Positions 16,788 through 24,000 of a stretch of 24,000 nt of DNA are shown here, piece after piece. This DNA comes from Methanospirillum hungatei JF-1 (GTDB taxonomy: Archaea > Halobacteriota > Methanomicrobia > Methanomicrobiales > Methanospirillaceae). The notes beneath the pieces were generated by a model. It did not search any database. It was given only the letters and a program-made list of their open reading frames with translations, and was not told the DNA's origin. The translations under genes were made by a program, and so were the position numbers. The stretch is from assembly GCF_000013445.1 (NCBI RefSeq), contig NC_007796.1:756936-780935 (forward strand), in the 5' to 3' direction. Positions within the stretch are counted from its first letter, which is position 1. Each line of letters starts with the position of its first letter.

Positions 16788-18001
16788 TGCGGATTCTCGT
16801 TCTCGATTCGATTCATGGCGGAAAGGTGATAGTAGATCACCTATCAGCCCATGGTCATGTGACTGATCTCATCGATGTGTACCGGAACCAGGAAGGCATT
16901 TCTCCCGACCTGGCACGAACCCGGGTTTATGATCTTATCATTGCTCCTGTTCATCTGGATCCTGATTATTCACTCCTTCAGGACCTCCGGATTCCTGTAA
17001 TATCACATCATGCAGCTGTCAGATGGCTTTTCACAGATCACGCAGTATCTTCGGTTATTGAGATTACCGGAAAACAAGGTAAATCTACTACAGCAGCGGC
17101 ACTCGCATCTATCATGCCAGGAGAAGGGCTGCTCCATACATCCGCAGGAGTTGTCAGGTATCCATCATTGGAACATCTGGGGCGATATTCTATCACCCCT
17201 GCGTCAATATTGCAGGTCTTATCTGAACAATTTTCTGATGGCTGGCTTATCAGTGAAGTATCGTTAGGATTTTGTGGGATTGGAACTCTTGGTATCCTGA
17301 CCTCCTTTCTAGATTATCCGGTTGCACAAGGAAAGAGAAGGGCCCTTGCACTGAAAACTGAACAGGCCCACCTGGTAAAACAGGTTCTGATTCCACCGGG
17401 AGGAGAACTTGTCCATGACGGATGTATTCCCGTATCTGACCTTGTATCTGTATCCGGAACCAGGGCTTGCTACCGGTATGGAGATTTGTCAGGTTCATTT
17501 GTAAATCCGCTTCTCCTCCTGCCAGGATACAAAACCCCTCTTATGCTCGCTGCAGGGGCAGCCCTGCTTCTTGGAGTGGATCCCGCCGGTTTGTCAGATT
17601 TTTCAGCTCTTCCAGGACGCATGGAGGTCACGAAAGATACTGGTTACACCATTATCGATAATGCAAACAGCGGGACGTGTCATTCAACAACGCTTGATGC
17701 ATACCGTTATGGCAGAGAGATAGCGAAAAATGAACCGGTAACCCTCATCATTGGTCAGGAGTCAGCATCGGTATGTGAAAACTTCAGCACTCATGAGATC
17801 TGTGCATCCATCTCTGATATTAATCCCCGGGATGTTATCCTCATTCCCGGAGATGAACGGATTATGAAGGAGGAGATCATACAGTACTGTGCGAATACCG
17901 GGATTACCTGCATCTGTGCTAATTCAACTGAAGAAGGAATTAGAAGAGCGAAAACACTGAATAATACTCTAATTTTATTGTCTGTAAAACGGTGGAAATA
18001 A
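16787..18001 (+). CDS. cfbE: Coenzyme F430 synthetase (Mur-ligase-like, CfbE)
   Basis: Mur-ligase P-loop ITGKQGKSTTAAALA. It sits between cfbA and a NifD-like gene. Its start overlaps the cfbA stop (TGATG). The assignment rests on motif plus context. Confidence 0.7.
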   Translation: MRILVLDSIHGGKVIVDHLSAHGHVTDLIDVYRNQEGISPDLARTRVYDLIIAPVHLDPDYSLLQDLRIPVISHHAAVRWLFTDHAVSSVIEITGKQGKSTTAAALASIMPGEGLLHTSAGVVRYPSLEHLGRYSITPASILQVLSEQFSDGWLISEVSLGFCGIGTLGILTSFLDYPVAQGKRRALALKTEQAHLVKQVLIPPGGELVHDGCIPVSDLVSVSGTRACYRYGDLSGSFVNPLLLLPGYKTPLMLAAGAALLLGVDPAGLSDFSALPGRMEVTKDTGYTIIDNANSGTCHSTTLDAYRYGREIAKNEPVTLIIGQESASVCENFSTHEICASISDINPRDVILIPGDERIMKEEIIQYCANTGITCICANSTEEGIRRAKTLNNTLILLSVKRWK

Positions 18002-19065
18002 TGAAATATGTACAACCCAGGCCCAGTTCTATTGTCGCTGCCCTCTATACTGCCCGTGACCTGGAAGTTGATGTGGCTGTCCTCCATGGCCCCTCCGGAT
18101 GCTCTTTTAAGCATGCACGGCTTTTGGAAGAGGATGGTATGCGGGTATTGACGACATCTCTTGCCGAGAATGAGTTTGTCTTTGGTGGACAGGGACGACT
18201 TGAGGATGTTATTCTCTATGCAGAAGAGAAATTTGCCCCGAAACGAATGGCGGTCATGGGAACCTGTGTCTCGATGATTATCGGTGAAGATCTGCAGGCT
18301 GCGATTGATAACTCCGGTGTCAGTACCGAGACGATAGCCGTAGATATTCATGCCGGATTTACCGAGAATATTGACGGAGTCATTGCAACGTTAAAACCTG
18401 CAGCCGAGATTGGATGGATCTCTTTAGACGAACTGGTACGCCAGCAGGAATTATTGAAGGCAGCCAATCAGGTGGAACGACTTCGGGGAGCTGCAGTCAG
18501 AGAGTACATCGAACCATCACGGGGAGATCTGAAGCATAAGGTTGCAGAACGTCTTGTAGATATTATCCAGGAGGGTAAAAAAGGCGTTGCCATCATGAAT
18601 GCAAAGAAGGAGACTGCATACATGTTTGCTGATGGTCTTACTGCTCTCCATGAGCTTGCACCTGATGCTCCTATTGTCTATTCTGTAAATCTTGAGATGC
18701 GGGGGCTTCCAAAGGTCAGACGGGATGCAGAGCGTATCATTGCTGACCTTGATGCAACAGGTCTTTCGTATGTGAAACAAGGGGCACTTGACGAATATGG
18801 AGCGACCGGGGATATGCTGGGCCGGTGGATACAGGATGAGAATCCTGATTTTGCATTCATTACCGGTGTACCTCATGCGATCCCCCGAGAATACACCGAT
18901 GGGATCGAGTGTTTTTCAGTGACAAACGGTCCCCGCCAGGTTGCACCACTCAAGGATCTGGGACATGAACATGTGGTCGTTGAGATCGATCTCCATCCAC
19001 GAACTCTCGGTGTCAGAAGTATTGTGGAATCCGAATTTGGGGCCGTCATCCGGAGTTTTCTATGA
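18001..19065 (+). CDS. cfbD: Ni-sirohydrochlorin a,c-diamide reductive cyclase, NifD/NflD-like subunit (CfbD)
   Basis: Nitrogenase component-1-like N-terminus (VAVLHGPSGCSFKHARL...VFGG...MGTCVSMIIGEDL). ATG at 18001 overlaps the cfbE stop (TAATG); the track's 17992 start is GTG. Confidence 0.7.
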   Translation: MKYVQPRPSSIVAALYTARDLEVDVAVLHGPSGCSFKHARLLEEDGMRVLTTSLAENEFVFGGQGRLEDVILYAEEKFAPKRMAVMGTCVSMIIGEDLQAAIDNSGVSTETIAVDIHAGFTENIDGVIATLKPAAEIGWISLDELVRQQELLKAANQVERLRGAAVREYIEPSRGDLKHKVAERLVDIIQEGKKGVAIMNAKKETAYMFADGLTALHELAPDAPIVYSVNLEMRGLPKVRRDAERIIADLDATGLSYVKQGALDEYGATGDMLGRWIQDENPDFAFITGVPHAIPREYTDGIECFSVTNGPRQVAPLKDLGHEHVVVEIDLHPRTLGVRSIVESEFGAVIRSFL

Positions 19066-20453
19066 AGGCGTTCCTGATTTCCGGTGACCGGTCGGGATCA
19101 GGAAAAACCAGTATAACCCTCGCAATAGCAGCAGCTCTTGCAAAACGATGCACCGTTCAGACCTTCAAAGTCGGGATGGACTATATCGATCCTTCTTACC
19201 TGACCGGGGTTACCGGGCGGCCCTGCAGGAATCTAGACTCATTTGTGATGAACCGGGATGAGATGACTGCCGTATTTAACCATGCCTGTATTGGTGCAGA
19301 TATTGCAATAATTGAAGGGGTCAGGGGCCTGTATGAAGGGGCCGATAGTATTGCTGATATCGGCAGCACGGCATCGATTGCAAAACACTTTCACGTACCG
19401 ATAATTTTGGTGATAGATGCCCGGAGTATTACCCGGAGTGCGGCAGCCCTTCTGTATGGATTCATGAAATTCGACCCTGATATTCAGATTGCCGGTGTTA
19501 TTCTTAACAATGTCAGGGGAGAGAAGCATATCAGAAAGGCCACGGAGGCAATCCGGCATTATTGTAGTATCCCGGTGATCGGGGCAGTTCCTCGGGTCGA
19601 TAACCTGGACCTGACCATGCGGCATCTGGGTCTTGTTCCGTTTGAGGAGGGTCTGAAGGATCAGCCTTTTCTTGACCGGGTCTCATCCATCGTTGAGATG
19701 ATATGCAGTCACCTGGATATTGATGCCCTGCTCTCCCTCTCACGTGAGATGAAAAGTTCTCTTCATATTCCTGACCTGTTTGCATCAGTTGAGCAGCACC
19801 ACCGCGAAAGGATTGCAGTTGCACGGGATGAGGCATTCAATTTTTATTATGCAGATCTCTTTTCACTCATCGAAGCACGAGGATATGATATTGTATATTT
19901 CTCACCGATTCATGGAGATCTTCCTGATGCAGACGGGTATATACTTGGTGGAGGGTATCCGGAGTACTATGGTCGAGAACTTGCTGATAACCAGTCCATG
20001 ATGGAGGATATTCGAACAGCAGCCGGAGATGAGAGGCCCATATTAGCCGAATGCGGAGGTCTTATGTATTTATGCAGGGAGATAGATGTTCTTCACGATT
20101 TCTCAGGACTTTCTGCCGGAACATCATTCAAAATGGCAGATGTGCTTCCAGCCCGGTGTACCATTCCAAAAAAACGGGTTGTCACCTATGTCTCCGGAAA
20201 GACTACACCAAATTTTCCTTTCGCAGAAAAACCTCTCCCGGTAAAAGGTCATGCCTTTCATTATTCCACGGTTCATCCGGATAAGGGATCAACATTCGGG
20301 TATGAACTGGATCGTGGGTTTGGGATTGATGCAACCCATGACGGGATGGTGCTCAACAAGGTAGTCGGATCCTATACACACATCCATCCGGTCCCGTCCC
20401 GTGACCTGCTCTATTCATTTTTGTCCGCTTGTCTGTCTGACTCATCCATATAA
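19062..20453 (+). CDS. cfbB: Ni-sirohydrochlorin a,c-diamide synthase (CobB/CbiA-family amidotransferase, CfbB)
   Basis: N-terminal GSGKT P-loop, DYIDP and (A/G)ECGG(L/M)MYL glutaminase motifs are typical of cobyrinic acid a,c-diamide synthases. The cfb context supports the call. ATGA overlap with cfbD. Confidence 0.8.
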   Translation: MKAFLISGDRSGSGKTSITLAIAAALAKRCTVQTFKVGMDYIDPSYLTGVTGRPCRNLDSFVMNRDEMTAVFNHACIGADIAIIEGVRGLYEGADSIADIGSTASIAKHFHVPIILVIDARSITRSAAALLYGFMKFDPDIQIAGVILNNVRGEKHIRKATEAIRHYCSIPVIGAVPRVDNLDLTMRHLGLVPFEEGLKDQPFLDRVSSIVEMICSHLDIDALLSLSREMKSSLHIPDLFASVEQHHRERIAVARDEAFNFYYADLFSLIEARGYDIVYFSPIHGDLPDADGYILGGGYPEYYGRELADNQSMMEDIRTAAGDERPILAECGGLMYLCREIDVLHDFSGLSAGTSFKMADVLPARCTIPKKRVVTYVSGKTTPNFPFAEKPLPVKGHAFHYSTVHPDKGSTFGYELDRGFGIDATHDGMVLNKVVGSYTHIHPVPSRDLLYSFLSACLSDSSI

Positions 20454-20463
20454 TTGGTCAGAT

Positions 20464-20481
20464 TGTTCTTTTTTCTCCTTT
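20464..20481 (+). terminator. T-rich tract after cfbB; candidate terminator
   Basis: TGTTCTTTTTTCTCCTTT lies about 10 nt after the cfbB stop. Confidence 0.3.
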
Positions 20482-20535
20482 GCACCAGGTCCGACAGGTT
20501 GATCCTTTATGAGAAGTCGAGTCAGATACTTTGGT

Positions 20536-21402
20536 ATGCAGATATATATCGATGGGAAATTCTATCCCAAAGAGGAGGCTAAGGTATCAGTTTTTGATCA
20601 TGGGTTTCTCTATGGTGATGGTGTTTTTGAAGGAATCAGAGCATATTCCGGAAGAATCTTCCGACTAGAGGAACACCTTGACCGCCTGTATGATTCTGCA
20701 AAAACCATCGATCTTGCTGTTCCGATATCGAAGGAGGAGATGACTGCTGCAATCATCGAGACCTGCAAAAAGAATAATCTGACCAATGCATATATCCGAC
20801 CGATTGTAAGCCGTGGTGTCGGAGACCTGGGGCTTGATCCCCGGAAATGCCCAAAGGCCAGTGTTGTTATCATGGCTGTTGAGTGGGGAGCCATGTATGG
20901 CGATCTTTATGAGAAGGGTCTGAAAGCCGTTACGGTATCAGTCAGGAGAAATCCAGCTGAAGCTCTTCCACCAAATGTCAAGAGTCTTAATTACCTGAAC
21001 AATATTCTTGCCAAGATTGAGGCTAACTGCAAGGGCGGAGACGAGGCAATATTTTTTGACACAAACGGGTATGTATCAGAAGGATCCGGGGATAATATCT
21101 TTGTTATCAAAAACGGAGTCATTATCACCCCACCGACTTTGAATAACCTACGGGGTATCACCCGGATGGTAGCCCTGGAGATTGCAACCTCACTTGGTAT
21201 TACGGTGCACGAGCGCAATATGGGATATTATGATCTCTACTGTGCAGATGAGGTCTTTGTAACTGGAACTGCAGCCGAAGTTGCCCCGATAACCTGGATT
21301 GATGGACGGACAATCGGCAACGGTAAACCAGGTCCCATCACGCGTCAATGCATGGAGCAGTTCAAAATAGTAGTACAGAAGGAAGGAACACCTATCGTAT
21401 AG
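20536..21402 (+). CDS. ilvE: Branched-chain amino acid aminotransferase (class IV)
   Basis: [18 protein letters not shown], the (K)[11 protein letters not shown] lysine region and EVF.TGTAAEV.P. I prefer the ATG at 20536 (MQIYIDGKF...), which has a TATA-like CCTTTATGA about 30 nt upstream. Confidence 0.9.
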   Translation: MQIYIDGKFYPKEEAKVSVFDHGFLYGDGVFEGIRAYSGRIFRLEEHLDRLYDSAKTIDLAVPISKEEMTAAIIETCKKNNLTNAYIRPIVSRGVGDLGLDPRKCPKASVVIMAVEWGAMYGDLYEKGLKAVTVSVRRNPAEALPPNVKSLNYLNNILAKIEANCKGGDEAIFFDTNGYVSEGSGDNIFVIKNGVIITPPTLNNLRGITRMVALEIATSLGITVHERNMGYYDLYCADEVFVTGTAAEVAPITWIDGRTIGNGKPGPITRQCMEQFKIVVQKEGTPIV

Positions 21403-21453
21403 GTAAAACGATCATAATATTTTTAAGGACAAACGTAGACATCTAATGGCACA

Positions 21454-21528
<75 letters not shown>

Positions 21529-21532
21529 TAAA

Positions 21533-21544
21533 CTTTTTATTTTG
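21533..21544 (+). terminator. Oligo-T tract following the tRNA
   Basis: CTTTTTATTTTG starts 5 nt after the discriminator base. Confidence 0.35.
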
Positions 21545-21694
21545 TTAATTTTTACAATAATCTTTTGATATCGTATTTTCTCTATTCATCCTGGCGGAAT
21601 TCTCTGGTCAATATGTCAATCTCTTATCATTTGAGATCATAATGGTAGATCCTGATTGCATGATATTATTATCTGAAAAACCAATCAGAAAATC

Positions 21695-22393
21695 ATGACC
21701 TCTCCTGATAATGTTCCGCTGATCATTCCAATCTCACTCGGTTTTGTGAATGCGTACATTGTAAAACAAGATGGAATTATTCTTATTGACACGGGAATTC
21801 CGGGTAGTGAACAGAAAATTCTGGATACATTACGAGACCACGGATGCAAACCTAGGGATATTTCTCTGATCATTATCACTCACGGGCATCAGGACCATGC
21901 TGGATCTGCAGCATCTCTTCATGGGTTATCCGGAGCACCGGTGGCTTGTCATGCTGATGATGCAGGTTTTCTTGAAAAAGGAAAACAGAATACATTAAAA
22001 CCCTGTTCTATAACGGGATATTTCCTCCAATTCATTTTCAACCGGAAAAAACTGTCAGAGTATCCTCCGGTTCATCCGGATATTCTCATTGATTCTCCAT
22101 TTGATCTTGAATCCTATGGTATTTCTGGAATTATTATTCCAACACCAGGTCACACGAAAGGTTCTGTTTCAGTAGCTCTGAATTCCGGGGAGAGGTTTAC
22201 GGGGGATCTTATCTTCCCGAAGATCCCATCCGGGAAGCCCGGTTTCCCCTTCTGGGCTGAAGAGCCAGATCTTGTACTGGATAGTATTCGGAAAATATGC
22301 GATGAAAATTGTTCAGTGATTTATACGGGACATGGAGGACCCTATAGTAAAGGGGATGTTTTGGAGATGGTGAGAGGGGTGAGTGCAGAATAA
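21695..22393 (+). CDS. MBL-fold metallo-hydrolase
   Basis: ITHGHQDHAG (HxHxDH), a downstream TPGHT(K)G and a C-terminal GHG. Substrate is unknown. Confidence 0.85.
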   Translation: MTSPDNVPLIIPISLGFVNAYIVKQDGIILIDTGIPGSEQKILDTLRDHGCKPRDISLIIITHGHQDHAGSAASLHGLSGAPVACHADDAGFLEKGKQNTLKPCSITGYFLQFIFNRKKLSEYPPVHPDILIDSPFDLESYGISGIIIPTPGHTKGSVSVALNSGERFTGDLIFPKIPSGKPGFPFWAEEPDLVLDSIRKICDENCSVIYTGHGGPYSKGDVLEMVRGVSAE

Positions 22394-22591
22394 CAAATTA
22401 AGGGGTTTGGTTTTCTCGGGAATCAATATCTGACAAGTGACCACGATATCAAATACCCATGATTTTTCCCAATCTGATAGACAAAGTTATCATCATACAG
22501 AAAAGAATTATATTTATACTTTCATTTTAACTTTAAAAATAAAGTCGGTGAATTATTGTTATTTATTGAAATATCGTAAGGAGGTGGAGAT

Positions 22592-22936
22592 ATGCCTGAT
22601 GATCTTATGGAGATTATAGATGAATCAGGGGAAGTAAATAGCGATCTTATCTCAAAGGTCCGTCTTGAATTATTCTGGTCATTATCAGATCTCGGCGATG
22701 ACGGGGCAACCGCACGTCAGCTGAAATCCGCTCTAAATCTGAATGATGGAGCCATATATTCAAATTTAAAGAAACTTGAAATACTTGGATATTTAAAATG
22801 TGAATTGGTTCTTTTTGAGGGAAAAGAACTGGAACTCTGGTCAATGACTCTTGAGGGATTAGAAGAATGGAAGAAAGTGAAAAAATGGCTGTGCCGGTTG
22901 CTGGAATGTTCAGGTGATTCTTGTGGCGGATATTGA
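22592..22936 (+). CDS. Winged-helix DNA-binding protein (ArsR/PadR-like) with a C-terminal Cys cluster; putative regulator of the downstream toxin module
   Basis: GATARQLKSALNLNDGAIYSNLKKLEILGYLKCE is a typical recognition helix plus wing. GGAGGTGG Shine-Dalgarno 6 nt upstream of the ATG. The C-terminus is CRLLECSGDSCGGY. It overlaps the next ORF by 23 nt. Confidence 0.65.
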   Translation: MPDDLMEIIDESGEVNSDLISKVRLELFWSLSDLGDDGATARQLKSALNLNDGAIYSNLKKLEILGYLKCELVLFEGKELELWSMTLEGLEEWKKVKKWLCRLLECSGDSCGGY

Positions 22937-23456
22937 AAAAGCTATTGCATGTTTAAAAGCTCTTGATTTTTATTTCGACATCAGTCAATTTGAGCACCGG
23001 CTCATTGTTCAAAAAGTAATCTTTCTCCTCCAGTTAAAAGGGTTTCACCTTGGATATCCCTATGGTTTGTATGTCAGAGGTCCGTATTCTCCTTCATTGG
23101 CATCAGATTACTATCATCAGAAAGAAGAATTCAAATCTCTGATAACCGGGAAAGATCTTACTGGTGAAGAACATCAGATCATTCAGAATCTGGATAAAAT
23201 CTTTAATAAAAAAGCTTCATATTTAGAAATTGGCGGGACATATGGGTACTTCGCTTATGTTCTCTCATATGATCCCCTGAAAGCCATGAAGATGGTAAAA
23301 AAGATGAAATCCCAGTATTCTGACTCACAAATAGCAATAGGGATCTCAAAAGCGAAAGAATTTCTTTATCCCCCGACTGAAGAAGAGAAACAACTTCTGG
23401 AGAATGAAACTGCACCCTGGAAAGCGGTCGCCCTGAACACTCTTCTGAGTGATTGA
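22914..23456 (+). CDS. Panacea (DUF4065 / SocA-like)-domain-like protein; putative antitoxin
   Basis: HRLIVQKVIFLLQLKGFHLGYPYGLYVRGPYSPSLASDYY follows the pattern I recall for Panacea/SocA: (L)K(L)(M/Q)K(L)(L)Y(L)A...G.P......HGPV.S..Y. GTG start, with no nearby ATG. Its stop overlaps the MazF ATG (TGATG). The assignment is by eye and needs an HMM check. Confidence 0.45.
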   Translation: MILVADIEKAIACLKALDFYFDISQFEHRLIVQKVIFLLQLKGFHLGYPYGLYVRGPYSPSLASDYYHQKEEFKSLITGKDLTGEEHQIIQNLDKIFNKKASYLEIGGTYGYFAYVLSYDPLKAMKMVKKMKSQYSDSQIAIGISKAKEFLYPPTEEEKQLLENETAPWKAVALNTLLSD

Positions 23457-23791
23457 TGAGATCTGCGAGAGGCGAGATCTGGATAATTGATCTGACTGAT
23501 TCCAGGGGGCATGAACAGGGTGGAAAGAGGCCGGTGATTGTTATGGCATCAGTCATTGGAATGAATATTGTAATCCCGTTGACCACTCAGATAAAAGTTC
23601 TGAATTACCCTCATACCTATCTTATCGAACCGACATCATCGAACGGTCTTTCGGCGCCAAGTATAGCAATGACATTTCAGATAGTCGCCATTGATGAGAA
23701 AAGACTTGAGAAAACGATTGGTAAGATCTCCCATGCAGATAATGAGATTGTAAAGGCTCTTCTCATAGATCTCCTGGGTTTATACAAATAA
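23456..23791 (+). CDS. mazF: MazF/PemK-family endoribonuclease toxin
   Basis: RGEIWIIDLTDSRGHEQGGKRPVIV...VIPLTTQIK...IVAIDEKRLEKTIGKIS matches the PemK consensus (RGdi..vd..p..G.EqgG.RP.lV...vvP.Ts......q.r.id..RL...iG.l.). The track start at 23453 is TTG; I prefer the ATG at 23456. Confidence 0.85.
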   Translation: MRSARGEIWIIDLTDSRGHEQGGKRPVIVMASVIGMNIVIPLTTQIKVLNYPHTYLIEPTSSNGLSAPSIAMTFQIVAIDEKRLEKTIGKISHADNEIVKALLIDLLGLYK

Positions 23792-24000
23792 GCATGAAAA
23801 TCACATTCCAGAAAAAAATTCCCCATTTCTAGAGACAATCGATAATTATTTACTCTTCTCTCTGATTTTATTTTTTTGAATACCTTCATTTTTTTCATCT
23901 TTTGGTGGTAAATATAAGTCTTAATCACGATTATCTACAATCACTCATGTTCAATCACAGGAATTTTTATCCCATACATATCCCACTCTAACTCCTAAAC

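Noticed and set aside
17791-18351. 186-aa antisense ORF spanning the cfbE/cfbD junction
   Set aside because: It lies entirely antisense to two well-supported, motif-bearing genes. Its translation has no recognisable motif and an odd composition.
22430-22500. C/D-box sRNA-like elements on the minus strand (ATGATGA from gttatcatcatac, followed by TCAGA/CAGA-like boxes)
   Set aside because: Only the C box matches consensus. The putative D and D' boxes are CAGA rather than CUGA, no C' box is present, and no terminal stem can be drawn.
22437-22619. 60-aa ORF in the AT-rich spacer upstream of the wHTH gene
   Set aside because: The translation is low-complexity and AT-driven, with no Shine-Dalgarno. 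It overlaps the SD and start of the better-supported wHTH gene. This is probably promoter DNA.
23677-23928. 83-aa minus-strand ORF overlapping the 3' end of mazF
   Set aside because: It is a Lys-rich, AT-driven translation antisense to a clear MazF gene, with no motif. An antisense RNA cannot be excluded, but a protein is unlikely.
23923-23958. Three copies of AATCAC spaced 16 and 14 bp apart near the right edge
   Set aside because: A hexamer recurring three times in AT-rich non-coding DNA is weak evidence, and there is no flanking similarity beyond CAATCAC in two copies.
21529-24000. Search for a direct repeat of the tRNA-Glu 3' end (TTCGAATCCCCATATCAGCA) that would mark an integrated element boundary
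   Set aside because: No recognisable copy or partial copy was seen by eye in the remaining 2.5 kb, so island boundaries cannot be claimed from this window.

Overview
This window looks like chromosome from a methanogenic euryarchaeon, probably Methanomicrobiales-like. That placement is an inference from gene content only: an archaeal ribosomal stalk cluster, Spt5/SecE, and coenzyme F430 (cfb) genes. About 90% of the window is coding.

Gene order, left to right:
- 1-306 (-): N-terminal end of an AAA-ATPase-like (DUF1703-type) gene, cut by the window edge.
- 384-2892: a secreted Pro/Thr-rich surface protein, msrA, and a secreted phosphodiesterase/alkaline-phosphatase-superfamily enzyme.
- 2981-8576 (-): a long block, dtdA-ftsZ-secE-spt5(nusG)-rpl11-rpl1-rpl10(P0)-rpl12(P1).
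- 8588-10403: an intact, AT-rich IS1634-like insertion sequence with imperfect 20-bp terminal inverted repeats and a TAATT target duplication. It sits 11 bp upstream of the dtdA start codon.
- 10450-13696 (+): a 58-codon, 4-Cys ORF absent from the ORF track, overlapping (ATGA) the first of two tandem moeA paralogs. The second moeA is fused to a PBP-like domain.
- 13699-16207 (-): a DUF447 / CitG-like / Dus-like TIM-barrel operon, probably cofactor biosynthesis.
- 16386-20453 (+): a translationally coupled cfbA-cfbE-cfbD-cfbB cluster with no cfbC.
- 20536-22393 (+): ilvE, tRNA-Glu(UUC) and an MBL-fold hydrolase.
- 22592-23791 (+): an AT-rich three-gene cassette of a winged-helix regulator, a Panacea(DUF4065)-like protein and a MazF/PemK toxin.

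The last cassette is my best candidate for an uncharacterised system: a tripartite toxin-antitoxin or defence-like module.

Other points worth a second look:
- The IS disrupts the promoter of an operon that contains essential genes.
- DtdA carries a C-terminal extension with an RNase Z flexible-arm-like motif.
- Ribosomal protein P0 has no C-terminal acidic tail.

I saw no CRISPR array and no rRNA. All family assignments come from reading motifs by eye; no database search was run.
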